From IMG/VR virus record IMGVR_UViG_3300023184_000027, positions 124,001 through 188,000 of that record: a DNA stretch of 64,000 nucleotides; one strand, written 5' to 3'. The notes beneath the pieces were generated by a model. That model did not search any database, was not told where the DNA came from, and was given only the letters and a program-made list of their open reading frames with translations. The stretch's first letter is position 1; each line of letters begins with the position of its first letter. Below, piece after piece: positions 28,679-39,400 of this stretch. A program made the position numbers and the translations under genes.

Positions 28679-30454
28679 TTGGAAAACAATACATCTGAAA
28701 ATTCTAATTTAACAGTAGAACAACGAGCAATATCCCTTCTTGAAACTTATCAGGGAGCGAATAACTATATCCTAAAATTAAAATTACAAAAGGAAACTAA
28801 TAAGAGATTCTTCCCTACTCGGGCACAATCTGACTACATAATAAATTATCACGAAGTAATACCAAAGGTGGCTAAAAGATGGGTTGATTTAGACCCCTAC
28901 TTCGCCAAAAAAATTGCTGATGAAAAACTATTAACAAATATTCCCGAACAAGTATGGGTGGAAAAGTTATTAGTTGAGAAAGAAAAATCGTATCATATTT
29001 GGGGTAAAGTTTTATCCGGTGAAACTATTAACGAATTTTGGTTACCGAAGGGTGCCTTAATTAAAACTCACACAATTAAAGATGTTGTGGTTGATTATGA
29101 AAAATATTCTAATAGACCACCACTTGAACATCAAAAACTTGCAATTGAGAAACTTGCCGGGTCTAAAAGATTTATTTTAGCCGACGATATGGGACTTGGT
29201 AAGACAACTTCCACCATTATCGCCGCATTAGAAACGGGAGCGAAGAAAATATTAATTGTTTGTCCGGCATCCCTAAAGATTAACTGGCAAAGAGAGATTG
29301 AGAATTATACCGATAGAAGTGTTTATATTTCTGAAGGTAAGAATTTCTCAATAGAACACGATTTTGTGATTGTAAATTACGATATTCTTAAAAACTTTTA
29401 CGACCTTAAAGGTAAGACAGAATCTTTAATCACTCAAGGAAATTTTGATTTAATTATTTTGGACGAAGCTCATTATGTGAGTAATGGACAAGCTGCGAGA
29501 ACCAAACTTGTTAATAGTTTTTCTAAAAATTGTGAAAGAGTGTGGTTGTTAACGGGGACACCTATGACAAATCGTCCGATGAATTACTTTAACCTATTAT
29601 CTCTTATTGAGAGTCCGGTTTCCCAAAATTGGATGGCTTACGCAATACGATATTGTCAAGGTTATCAATTTATGGCGGGAAAAAGAAAAATATGGAATGT
29701 TTCGGGAGCATCAAATTTAGAAGAATTAAGAGACAGAACATCAAGACAAGTATTGAGAAGATTAAAAACTGAAGTTTTAGATTTACCTGAAAAAATTATT
29801 ACCCCAATTTATTTAAGATTAAAATCAAAACTTTATGAAGGGTTGATGGGAGAATACTATGATTGGTATAATAAAAACCCCGATGAATCAACATCACTTA
29901 CCGTTCAGTTCAGTAAGTTAATGAAAGTTCGTCAAGTGATTGCTGAAGAAAAAGTTAAAGACACAATAGAATTAGCTGAAAATATTTTGGAACAAGATAA
30001 AAAAGTTATTATTTTTACCAATTTTACGGACACATTAAATCAGATTGCCGAACATTTTGGAAAAATTGCGGTTAAATTAGATGGTTCAACATCAAAACCT
30101 CAACGACAATACGCTGTTGACCAATTTCAAGATAATGAAAAGATTAAAGTGTTTGTTGGTAATGTGAAGGCAGCCGGAGTTGGTATAACTTTAACCGCCG
30201 CTGAAGCTGTAATCATCAATGACTTATCTTTTGTTCCTGGTGACTTAGCACAAGCTGAAGATAGAGCATATAGATATGGACAAAAAAATTCGGTATCAGT
30301 TTATTACCCAATATTCGATAATAGTATAGAAGGAATCATTTATGATATGGTGAATCATAAGAAACAAAATATTAATACCGTAATGGGTGATAATATAGAA
30401 GAGAAGGGTGATTTCATCGGAGAACTTATGAATAAAATTAACAACCGAGGTTAA
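28679..30454 (+). CDS. SNF2/SMARCAL1-like (SF2) helicase/translocase
   Basis: LADDMGLGKT, IVCPASLKINW, LDEAH, LTGTP, AAGVGITLT, QAEDRAYRYGQ. Confidence 0.93.
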   Translation: MENNTSENSNLTVEQRAISLLETYQGANNYILKLKLQKETNKRFFPTRAQSDYIINYHEVIPKVAKRWVDLDPYFAKKIADEKLLTNIPEQVWVEKLLVEKEKSYHIWGKVLSGETINEFWLPKGALIKTHTIKDVVVDYEKYSNRPPLEHQKLAIEKLAGSKRFILADDMGLGKTTSTIIAALETGAKKILIVCPASLKINWQREIENYTDRSVYISEGKNFSIEHDFVIVNYDILKNFYDLKGKTESLITQGNFDLIILDEAHYVSNGQAARTKLVNSFSKNCERVWLLTGTPMTNRPMNYFNLLSLIESPVSQNWMAYAIRYCQGYQFMAGKRKIWNVSGASNLEELRDRTSRQVLRRLKTEVLDLPEKIITPIYLRLKSKLYEGLMGEYYDWYNKNPDESTSLTVQFSKLMKVRQVIAEEKVKDTIELAENILEQDKKVIIFTNFTDTLNQIAEHFGKIAVKLDGSTSKPQRQYAVDQFQDNEKIKVFVGNVKAAGVGITLTAAEAVIINDLSFVPGDLAQAEDRAYRYGQKNSVSVYYPIFDNSIEGIIYDMVNHKKQNINTVMGDNIEEKGDFIGELMNKINNRG

Positions 30455-30466
30455 TTCGGTTGTTAA
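30438..30466 (+). terminator. Hairpin overlapping the helicase stop (possible terminator/processing site)
   Basis: TTAACAACCGA-GGTTAAT-TCGGTTGTTAA, 11-bp stem; only a weak U-tract follows. Confidence 0.45.
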
Positions 30467-30468
30467 GA

Positions 30469-30475
30469 TATTTAT
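30469..30475 (+). promoter_or_regulatory. TATTTAT upstream motif (putative phage late promoter), representative site
   Basis: GATATTTATA about 20 nt before the SOD start; the same coding-strand motif precedes many genes (see findings). Confidence 0.55.
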
Positions 30476-30495
30476 ATGAATAACAAATAAGTCAA

Positions 30496-32034
30496 ATGAA
30501 AAAGATTGAAGAAAAAATCAATCTCATAACAGAAGAACTAAAAAAAGTTGAAACCCTCGAAAATCAACAAATGTTCATTAATGAGATGAAAAAAATAGGG
30601 ATAGAGAAATTACCCTACGCCTATTCAGCACTAAAACAATTTATTGATGCTGAAACAATGAATTACCATTATAATAAACACTATAAAGGATATGTTGATA
30701 AATTAAATTCAGCCCTTAAAAAGAAAGATTATGGTGATTTAGAATTAGAAGAAATTATTAAATCAATAAGTAGATTTGATAAGACAATTAGGAACAATGC
30801 CGGAGGAGCTTTTAACCACGCATTGTTTTGGAAAATGTTAACCCCAAAAAAACAAACACCAAATGGTGAAATTATTAGGCAAATTAAAAAAGATTTTACT
30901 ACCTTTGTCAAGTTTAAAAATAAGTTTGAGGAAATTGCTCAAGAAAAATTTGGTTCAGGTTGGGTTTGGTTAGTTTTAACAAAACGAAATACCTTAAAAA
31001 TTGTAACCACAGAAAATCAAGACAACCCTCTTATGAATGTTATAGACGACGGAGGTTATCCAATATTAGGATTAGATTTATGGGAACACGCATATTATTT
31101 AAAATATAGAAATAAAAAAAATGACTATATTAAGAATTTTTGGAAATGTGTTAATTGGGAATTTGTTAATAAACTATATACAATGAGAATTGAGACTAAA
31201 CTAAATGAATCATTAAATTTTAAATCTGTAATTTCTGAAGGTAAATCAGAAAGATGTAGTAGAGAAGAAAACGAGGCCATTCGTATGGTTTTTAATATCA
31301 ACCCGAAAATTAAACAAATTTTTATGGAAGGTATTAATCACATCCTTAAAGAAGTTTTTCCGGATAACTATTATGGATATGGTGAATACGCTAAAGGTGA
31401 AATGTCGGGAGTGTATGATTTAGAAAGAGATGGTCGTTCTGTCTTAAATAAATTAAACACAAACTATAGTTGTTTCTGTGTTCTTCTTAATGATACAAAT
31501 CAAGTTTTAAGTTCTAAAAATTTACCAAACATTAAATTAATTGGTTTAAAACCATTGGAACAAATTGAAGAAACTAAAAAATTACTTATTTTCTTACACG
31601 AATATAAATTTAGAATATTCACACAAACTTCAGCAACATTTCAAAACATTATGAAAGTTTTAACCCAAACAGATACTTGGGGACAAGCTCGTGAAGACAA
31701 AACTGTTGAGATTTTAAAGAAAAAATTTGGAAAAGATAATGTTAACGCCATCGGTAAATTAGGTAGTAAAGCTGATATGATTGGTGGTATAGATTGTGAA
31801 GTTATTATTAATGGTAGAAAATTAAGTAGTCAAATTAAACCATTTGGAAGTATTGAAACTACCGGTGAAGAAATTACCGTTATTGGTTCAGGTGCCGTTA
31901 AAAAATACTATACAGATTGGTTAATTTTCACTAGAAATAATAAAGATGTTTTAATTTTCAGAAATAAAAATTCAAAAATTGTTAATGGACAATATGTTTT
32001 TCCTAAAGGAGATTTAATTTATTCATTAAATTGA
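30496..32034 (+). CDS. sodA: Fe/Mn superoxide dismutase (Mn-type signature) fused to a C-terminal PD-(D/E)XK-like domain
   Basis: LPYAYSAL...HYNKH...NNAGGAFNHALFW...FGSGWVWL...NQDNP...DLWEHAYY with all four metal ligands; an extra ~270 aa contain E...GIDC...QIKP. Confidence 0.9.
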   Translation: MKKIEEKINLITEELKKVETLENQQMFINEMKKIGIEKLPYAYSALKQFIDAETMNYHYNKHYKGYVDKLNSALKKKDYGDLELEEIIKSISRFDKTIRNNAGGAFNHALFWKMLTPKKQTPNGEIIRQIKKDFTTFVKFKNKFEEIAQEKFGSGWVWLVLTKRNTLKIVTTENQDNPLMNVIDDGGYPILGLDLWEHAYYLKYRNKKNDYIKNFWKCVNWEFVNKLYTMRIETKLNESLNFKSVISEGKSERCSREENEAIRMVFNINPKIKQIFMEGINHILKEVFPDNYYGYGEYAKGEMSGVYDLERDGRSVLNKLNTNYSCFCVLLNDTNQVLSSKNLPNIKLIGLKPLEQIEETKKLLIFLHEYKFRIFTQTSATFQNIMKVLTQTDTWGQAREDKTVEILKKKFGKDNVNAIGKLGSKADMIGGIDCEVIINGRKLSSQIKPFGSIETTGEEITVIGSGAVKKYYTDWLIFTRNNKDVLIFRNKNSKIVNGQYVFPKGDLIYSLN

Positions 32035-32055
32035 TATTTATAAATAAAAAGAACT

Positions 32056-33168
32056 ATGTCAATAATCCCAGAACCTCAAAGAACCGCATTATACACAAGA
32101 ATTAAACATTTACTTGGAGCACCACTTCGTTCGATAGAAATTGAAGACGAAATGATGGATAGTTTATTAGAATTATCTATCGGTGATTATTCTCAATATG
32201 TCCAAGATTGGTTAATCGAGTCTCAATGGACATCCTTATATAATCTTAATCTTGATACTCAATCATTATCAAAAGCTTTTATAACAAAAAGTTTAGATTT
32301 TGAAACGAGATACACCTATGCGTATTCTAAAATTGTTGGATTACAGGCTGGTGGTGATTGGGAACTTAAAAAAGATTATATACAACTTCAACGGAATCAA
32401 CAAATATATGAAATTCCTGCAAATAGAGAAATTAATGAAGTTTTATGGTTTACACCCGCAGAACTTAATAATTTATTATTTGACCCTTGGACTTTTGGAG
32501 CTTTAGGTGCCGGTGGTTTAGGAGGACCTGGTGGTTTTTCACAAATGGGCATGACAGGTTCATTTTTTATGATGCCAGCGTTTGATATGTTATTGAGAAT
32601 GCAAGAAATTAATATTCAAAGAAGAATAATTGCTGGTGAATTAACGTATAGAATTACCGCACTTCCTGAAGGTAAAAAAGCGTTACACTTAATGAATACT
32701 CCAGGTGGTAAATTTGATTTCGGTAATTCAACATTAACAAGAGGTAAAGTATGGTATTGGTACTACGATGTTGGTCCGGCAGATAGAGATAAATGTTTAA
32801 AAGCAAATCCGGATATTATTACACTTCCTTCTGATGTTCCATTTGAAGAAATTTCTTGGGTTGATTTAAATAATCCCGCTCAACAATGGGTTAGAAGATG
32901 GTTTACCGCATATGTAAAACAAACATTGGCGAGAGTTAGAGGTAAATTTAGTGGAAATGTTAAAACACCCGATAGTGAATTAACAATGGATTACGCATCA
33001 TTAGCAACAGAAGGTGCCGACGAAAAATCAAAACTTGAAGAGGAATTAAAATTAAGATTGGAAAGATTACGACCTGATAAAATGATGGAAAGGGAAGCTT
33101 TATTGGCCGAGAATTTAAATAAATCTTTGAAATTTAGAGCAATGCCAAGACAAATTTATGTAATTTAA
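32056..33168 (+). CDS. Neck / head-tail adaptor protein (gp13-like)
   Basis: IKHLLGAP...IEIEDEMMD N-terminus and WVRRWFTAYVKQTLARVRGKF C-terminus, typical of gp13-like neck proteins. Confidence 0.75.
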   Translation: MSIIPEPQRTALYTRIKHLLGAPLRSIEIEDEMMDSLLELSIGDYSQYVQDWLIESQWTSLYNLNLDTQSLSKAFITKSLDFETRYTYAYSKIVGLQAGGDWELKKDYIQLQRNQQIYEIPANREINEVLWFTPAELNNLLFDPWTFGALGAGGLGGPGGFSQMGMTGSFFMMPAFDMLLRMQEINIQRRIIAGELTYRITALPEGKKALHLMNTPGGKFDFGNSTLTRGKVWYWYYDVGPADRDKCLKANPDIITLPSDVPFEEISWVDLNNPAQQWVRRWFTAYVKQTLARVRGKFSGNVKTPDSELTMDYASLATEGADEKSKLEEELKLRLERLRPDKMMEREALLAENLNKSLKFRAMPRQIYVI

Positions 33169-33173
33169 AAAAT

Positions 33174-33533
33174 ATGTTAAATTTAAACAGACAAACAGAA
33201 AAAAAAGTGGTTGGAGATAAAAGATTTTATAATGAAGTTTATGAACCTAATGTTGAACACATTAAAAAAGTTATTATAGATGAGGTTTATAATACTAAAG
33301 GAGAAGTTTTAATATTGGCTAAAGGTGTTAGTGAATGTAGGATAATTTTAGATTCAGAAACCACAGAACATATAATAATTAAAGCTTTAACAAAAGTTTA
33401 TATAACCGCTAGTTTAAACAAAATTGATGAACATTATGATGAGATTTTTATTGATAAAGGGGCTTGTGTAGAATTTTATTTAATAGAGAATCATTGGTAT
33501 ATAGTCTCAAGTGATGGGTTAAAATTAGATTAA
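33174..33533 (+). CDS. Hypothetical beta-rich protein, probably structural
   Basis: 119 aa, co-transcribed with the neck gene; ends ...NHWYIVSSDG. Confidence 0.65.
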   Translation: MLNLNRQTEKKVVGDKRFYNEVYEPNVEHIKKVIIDEVYNTKGEVLILAKGVSECRIILDSETTEHIIIKALTKVYITASLNKIDEHYDEIFIDKGACVEFYLIENHWYIVSSDGLKLD

Positions 33534-33535
33534 AT

Positions 33536-33570
33536 AAAAAAGGTGTCGAATACGACACCTTTTCTGTTTT
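33536..33570. terminator. Bidirectional intrinsic terminator
   Basis: AAAAGGTGTCG-AATA-CGACACCTTTT between convergent stops, with A/T tracts on both sides. Confidence 0.88.
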
Positions 33571-36359
33571 TAACTAATATGTTCTTCCCATCCTGGTTCA
33601 GCCAATTCATAAATATATTCAGAACTAACACCAACTCTATCCCAAAATTTTAATTCCAAATCGGTGATAGTTAATAAATCCTCAATCGTATCTTGGTCAC
33701 CCTCTTTATTTGGAACCCCACCTATCAACTCACATTGTGTTTTAGTAAAAAATCCTCTGTCTTCCGGGTTAGCAATTAATAAACTTTCTCTTAATTCTTT
33801 ATTAAAGACAATCAATAACGGCTCAACTTTTTTATTAAATGTTGAGATTGCTCTCGGAACATTATAATCACCTGTTAAATTGGGGTTATTCTCAATTTCT
33901 GTTTGGTCTAACATATAACAATTAAGTTGTATTGTTGAGGTTGATTTATCTTCAGGTTCTGTACCATTTACTGATGTAAACAAATCCAATTCTTTTTTAG
34001 TGTAATTGTTTTTAGTTATTTTCTGAACATCTCCGTGTGATGCCCTTACACCATTATTAACATAACTTATGACATCACCCAATGATACTTTCAAATCATG
34101 TTTGATTGCCAATTCCATATGTGCCATTCTACTCATAAGTGAACCCGCCTTTGTTTTTTGAGTACATCTTTTTTTATAATCATCAATAGATAGTTTAACT
34201 CTCGCTCTTTGGGCGATTTGTTTTAATGGAATTTGTTGGTCAAAGATTCTTTGGTGATATTCAAAATACCACTCAATAAATTCTTGGCCTTTTCCCTCCA
34301 ACAATAATTTAACTCCTTTATCTAAAAACACCTCAATATATAGTGGTAATTTTTTAGATTTAATTGAGTTTCCGGTTAATTTAATTTTACCGTTGGATTC
34401 CATCGTAGCATAATTCTTTCTACTTAAATTAATACAAGAATCCCAAGTTCCATCACAATCAAGACCCATTTCGCCTTTCATAAACAAATCGTTGTATTCT
34501 GCCGTGTCGGCGTAATATCCTCGGTATTCTTGACCCTCTTTAACCAACCAATTTAATCCTTTTCCGATATACACTCTATCATCAACACCACCTTCAGGTA
34601 AACTAAAGTTAACACCATCGGTATCAAGTACAAGAGGTGTATAACCTCTTTTAACGAAGTATTTTACCATCTGACGAAGATATTGTCGTCCGGTACAAGT
34701 AATTCGTTCTCCGCTATTCATTTCACCCCATTCATAAACGTGGGGAGCGGATAATCCGCCGAACATTGAGTTGATAAAGATTTTTAACGGTAATTGTTTT
34801 CTATCGTATGAAAGAGATTTTTTAGAATCGATTGATTTATACTCGGACGCTAAGTTTTTATACATAATACGAGCATTACGGAAATAAGTTAACATACCTT
34901 TCATTCCACCCATTACATCACATTCAGGAAACACATCGTGTACCAACTGAATTGATGGGTATAAGGAAGAGTAGTCAAGTTTTAATACATTGGTAGAGTA
35001 CCCCACTTTAAGTAGTCTTGAAAGTCCCCCTACAAAGTCCGTCTTCTCTTCTTTAGCGGGGATGGCTAATTTATTCTTATAAGACCAAGCCAACATAATC
35101 ATTCTCCATAGAGTTGCGGTTCCCATTGTGGAAACTCTTTCATATGTTGTTGGTACCATCGATGCGAGTAGAAACGTTCCTTGGTTAAATTCATCATCCA
35201 CCGTTAACGTCTCCTCTAAATCGTCGTCAAGATATCTCTCCACAATGTTATCACCTGTAACCTTTAGGTATTTCCCGGGGAATCTTGTGTCTAAATTATT
35301 GAAGTCCGGATTATCGGCTCTCTTATATTTCCCATTCTCAACATTTAACCAATATTCTTCTTTTTTGGCGTACATCGGACCAATCTCTAAATGGTCAATA
35401 TAAACTCGGTCGGGAGCTTCAGCTTTAATATATTGAGTTATGTATTTAAGTCCCGCTGATTTAATACTTGAGTTAATTGCTTGAGCTCTACGAACAGAGT
35501 GAATAATGTCAATAATGTTATAACCCCACAATTGAGTTTGAGAGAATCTCTCTACCTCATTAGCAAGTTTTAACATACCATCTTTTTGAGAGATAGGTCT
35601 TGCAGGATTTAAAGATTTAGCTATCTTTTTAATATCTAAATGAAGAGCTTTACATCTCTCAAATATCCAAAACCAGTCAAAGTTTGCTGAATTATACCCG
35701 CCGATGATTGATGGTTTAAGTTCGTCTATAATATTGAAAAATTCTACTAAACCTTTTCTCTCTTGGTCTTCATCGGCACACTCAATAACTTTTTGATAAC
35801 CTTTATTGGTTTTAATTCCAATCATAAATATACGACCATCTTTAGGTTCTAAAGCGGTCGTCTCCAAGTCAAATCCGAGTCGGGTGATGTCGTTGTATTC
35901 CTCATACCCTTTGAATAATCTTTTCTCTCTTGAAATTAGGAATTGTTCTACCGGTGGAAGTACCGTTAATTTTCCTTTTGTTTTTTCACCCCACGGGTCA
36001 ACACCACCATCTCTAAAGAATTGGATAAGTGAACGATAACCCTTCATTGATTTAACCATATATTTGAGACCTTTTTCTAATCTCTCATTACCTTTGGTTT
36101 CTAACTTATCAATGATTATTCCGTGTTTTTTCATTGCTTCTCGTTGTTGGTCTTTGGATTTTGAATAAAAATTCAAATCTCTCAAATCACCAACCCAAGC
36201 AAATGCCGTAAATGTATCTTTTTTGATTATTTTTCCCTGACCAGGGATTTCTTTAATTTTGTAGATTGAGTCTGACCCATAATCATACTCAATAGCGACG
36301 ATGTGTTCTTCAGGGTCATTCCCTTCTAGGAACGCCTTAATCTCTTCTTGTGTAACCAT
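33570..36359 (-). CDS. polB: Family B DNA polymerase with 3'-5' exonuclease
   Basis: ExoI FDLET, ExoII GYNSANFDW, ExoIII YLDDD; polymerase motifs DYSSLYPSI, KIFINSMFG, DTDG. Confidence 0.96.
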   Translation of the reverse strand: MVTQEEIKAFLEGNDPEEHIVAIEYDYGSDSIYKIKEIPGQGKIIKKDTFTAFAWVGDLRDLNFYSKSKDQQREAMKKHGIIIDKLETKGNERLEKGLKYMVKSMKGYRSLIQFFRDGGVDPWGEKTKGKLTVLPPVEQFLISREKRLFKGYEEYNDITRLGFDLETTALEPKDGRIFMIGIKTNKGYQKVIECADEDQERKGLVEFFNIIDELKPSIIGGYNSANFDWFWIFERCKALHLDIKKIAKSLNPARPISQKDGMLKLANEVERFSQTQLWGYNIIDIIHSVRRAQAINSSIKSAGLKYITQYIKAEAPDRVYIDHLEIGPMYAKKEEYWLNVENGKYKRADNPDFNNLDTRFPGKYLKVTGDNIVERYLDDDLEETLTVDDEFNQGTFLLASMVPTTYERVSTMGTATLWRMIMLAWSYKNKLAIPAKEEKTDFVGGLSRLLKVGYSTNVLKLDYSSLYPSIQLVHDVFPECDVMGGMKGMLTYFRNARIMYKNLASEYKSIDSKKSLSYDRKQLPLKIFINSMFGGLSAPHVYEWGEMNSGERITCTGRQYLRQMVKYFVKRGYTPLVLDTDGVNFSLPEGGVDDRVYIGKGLNWLVKEGQEYRGYYADTAEYNDLFMKGEMGLDCDGTWDSCINLSRKNYATMESNGKIKLTGNSIKSKKLPLYIEVFLDKGVKLLLEGKGQEFIEWYFEYHQRIFDQQIPLKQIAQRARVKLSIDDYKKRCTQKTKAGSLMSRMAHMELAIKHDLKVSLGDVISYVNNGVRASHGDVQKITKNNYTKKELDLFTSVNGTEPEDKSTSTIQLNCYMLDQTEIENNPNLTGDYNVPRAISTFNKKVEPLLIVFNKELRESLLIANPEDRGFFTKTQCELIGGVPNKEGDQDTIEDLLTITDLELKFWDRVGVSSEYIYELAEPGWEEHIS

Positions 36360-36421
36360 AAATATATTTTTTAGAATGACATATTGGCTCTGATTAATTT
36401 CAGGTTTGTCTTGTTTCTATA

Positions 36422-36450
36422 AATATAATTATTTAACAATTATAAATCAA
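36422..36450 (-). promoter_or_regulatory. Sigma70-like promoter of the DNA polymerase
   Basis: Minus strand TTGATT (36450-36445), 17-nt spacer, TATATT (36427-36422), overlapping a TATTTAT motif. Confidence 0.5.
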
Positions 36451-36451
36451 A

Positions 36452-39400
36452 TTAAAATGACCCAATATCACCAACAATATTCCACTCACATATGTTTGTC
36501 AAAATATATCGTGCATTACTTGCGGATACTGATGTGTATAAAAACCCGGGTACATCTAATCTAACACCAATTGCGACGTTATTGGTTAATCGTAATTGCG
36601 ACCATTTAATTAACAAATTATTATAATTTGTTGAGCTCATCGGTGTAGTGTTGGTAAACATATATATCATTGATTGAACTTTACTAATATTCCAGTTGGA
36701 TATGTCTTGACTAAAACTTGTATTGTAAGAAAACATTGACGACATATTATTCACATTACTTACATTCCAAGAGTTAAGGGGTTGATTGAATGATGAAGTG
36801 TTAAACATTGAGCTCATACTGGTAACATTACTTACATCCCAATTATTGATTGATTGATTGAATAAATTATTTTCCGTAAACATTCCAGTCATATTAGTGA
36901 CTTTACTAACATCCCAATTACCGATTGGTTGGTTAAAAGATGACCTTCTAAACATATATGACATATCAGTAACATTACTCACATTCCAATTACCGATTGG
37001 TTGATTGAATGGTGTGCCATGGAACATATACGACATATCGGTAACACCACTCACATTCCAAGATGAAATATTTTGGTTAAATGATGAATTATAGAACATT
37101 TGAGACATAGACACAACATTACTAACATCCCAATTATTAATGTTTGGTTGATTAAAAGATGTGTTATAACTAAACATACCACCCATATATCGGATACCAC
37201 TAATATTCCAAGACGATATATCTTGATTGAATTGTGTACCATCAAACATAGATGATAAACTAGTAATATATCTTAAATCCCAAGAAGTAATATTATTAAT
37301 TGTTCTTATACTATGACATTTATAAAATAATCCAGAAATTGTTATATAACCATAATTTTCCTCTTCATCATAATCGGTAAGGTTTAAAACCCCAATAACA
37401 GAATCTAACGTTAAATTAACACAATAGCTAAATTGTGCGTATGTTCCCCCTCTTAAAGAGAAATTTCCCCAATTTAATATAGAATATATTTTATAGTTAT
37501 TTGGGTAAATACCACTATCCTCATAATCCAAAGCTTCGTCAGAATTAAATTCCCATCCACGCACTAAACCAGTTACCTTAATAATATAATAACCTATCGA
37601 CGAGTAAGTGTGGGCTCTATTTGCATAACTATTCACAGAAGTTGTTCCATCACCCCAATCTATCGTACCACCATAATTTCCATCAACAATATATGGGAGA
37701 GTTATTGTATCGTTTATAACTAATGTTCTCCACCTTGATGTAAAGTCATTTCCATACGGATTTGGTGTTCTTGTTGGTGTCCGAGTCATTGTAGGGGTTT
37801 GAGTTATTGTAGGTGTTGGACTCATTGTTATTGTAGGTGTTGGTGTTGGTGTAGGGGCAACAACTAATGTTGTTAAACCATTTTGATATAAATAAACATC
37901 TGAAAATACAGAACTTCCATCAACATATCTTTGAAATATTTTTACATATATAAAACTTACGTAAGTTGAGTAGGTTTGGAACGTAGTCGTTGTTGTACAA
38001 GTCATATTATTAGTGTTGGCCCATGTAACATTATCAAACGAATAATATATTGACATAAATTGACAAGGTAATGTATTACCAATTACCATATAGACCTGAT
38101 ATACTGTTGTACTTCTTTGAATGATACTAGATATGGTTGGTACTAATTGAGGTCCACTCACTATTGGTGTTGTAGTTGGTGTTGGTGTAATTGTTGGTGT
38201 TGTGGTTTTTGTTGGTGTTGGTGTCGGAGTTACCGAGGGAAACGTGTATAGAACAACATTTGAATAATCACTATTAGTACTATTACTTGAACAATATTGG
38301 ATAAGTCTAACATATACATCTCCGGTTGTTTTAAACGAATTAAAACTAATTGGGGAAGAGCAATTTGTCTCCCCATAAGTTACACTAGCGTATCCCCAAC
38401 TAATGTTATCGTAAGAATATTGTACTATCACACTATTACAGGAAACTGGAGGAGTAAAATCAACTAATAATGTGCTGGATGAGAGATTACTAACACTTAT
38501 AATTGTTGGTGGAAGACACGATGTTTCCGATATCGGAGTAATTACCACCCCTCCCGAATATAGAGATATGTCAGAATAAATCACTGTTTGACTACCAACA
38601 TAAGTTTGACCAATTTTAATATAGACAATCCCTGTATAACTAAATGAGCCAAAGGGAAATAATGAACCACAATTATATACTCCGTAATAAGACCAATCAA
38701 CATTATTAAAAGAATAATATAGTATTATATTTAGACAAGCACTGGTATTCCCTGGTGTTACAAATATATTATATGTTGAACCACCTGTTCTAACAATGTT
38801 AGTTATTACAGGAAGATTTTGAGCTCCTAATCCCGGGGTTGGCGTTGGTGTAGGTGTTGGTGTGGGTGTTGGTGTGGGTAGAGAGGTTGTGAAAGCGTCA
38901 TTTGTATATAACGCAATATTTGAATAACTCTCAACACCATAAATTGATATTTGTTTAATTTTCACATATATAGTACCTGAACTATCCAAAGAGGTACTTA
39001 GACCAACGGGTGAACTACAACTATTTGATGTACCACTAAACCATGTTATATTATCTAACGAACCATACGATAAAACACTATTACAAGGGTAATTATTTGC
39101 TGTTGTAAAATAAATTAAATAATAATTTATGGATACTCTTTGTACATTATAGATTATTGGTGTCTCATAAATTATACCACTTGTTTGTGTTGGTGTTTGT
39201 GTTGGTGTTTTAGTGTTTGTCGGTGTTGGAGTTGAAGTTTTAGTGTTTGTTGGTGTTTGTGTAGGTGTTTTAGTCGGAGTTCTTGTTGGTGTTGATGTTA
39301 ATGTTGGTGTCGGGGTTAGAGTTGGTGTTTTTGTTAAAGTTTTAGTTGGTGTTGGTGTTTTAGTTGGGGTTTTAGTTGGGGTTGGAGTTTTAGTTGGGGT

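Noticed and set aside
33570-36359. Intein or intron in the DNA polymerase, helicase or RecA
   Set aside because: Motif spacing and lengths are normal; no intein splice-junction or LAGLIDADG signatures and no frame interruptions.
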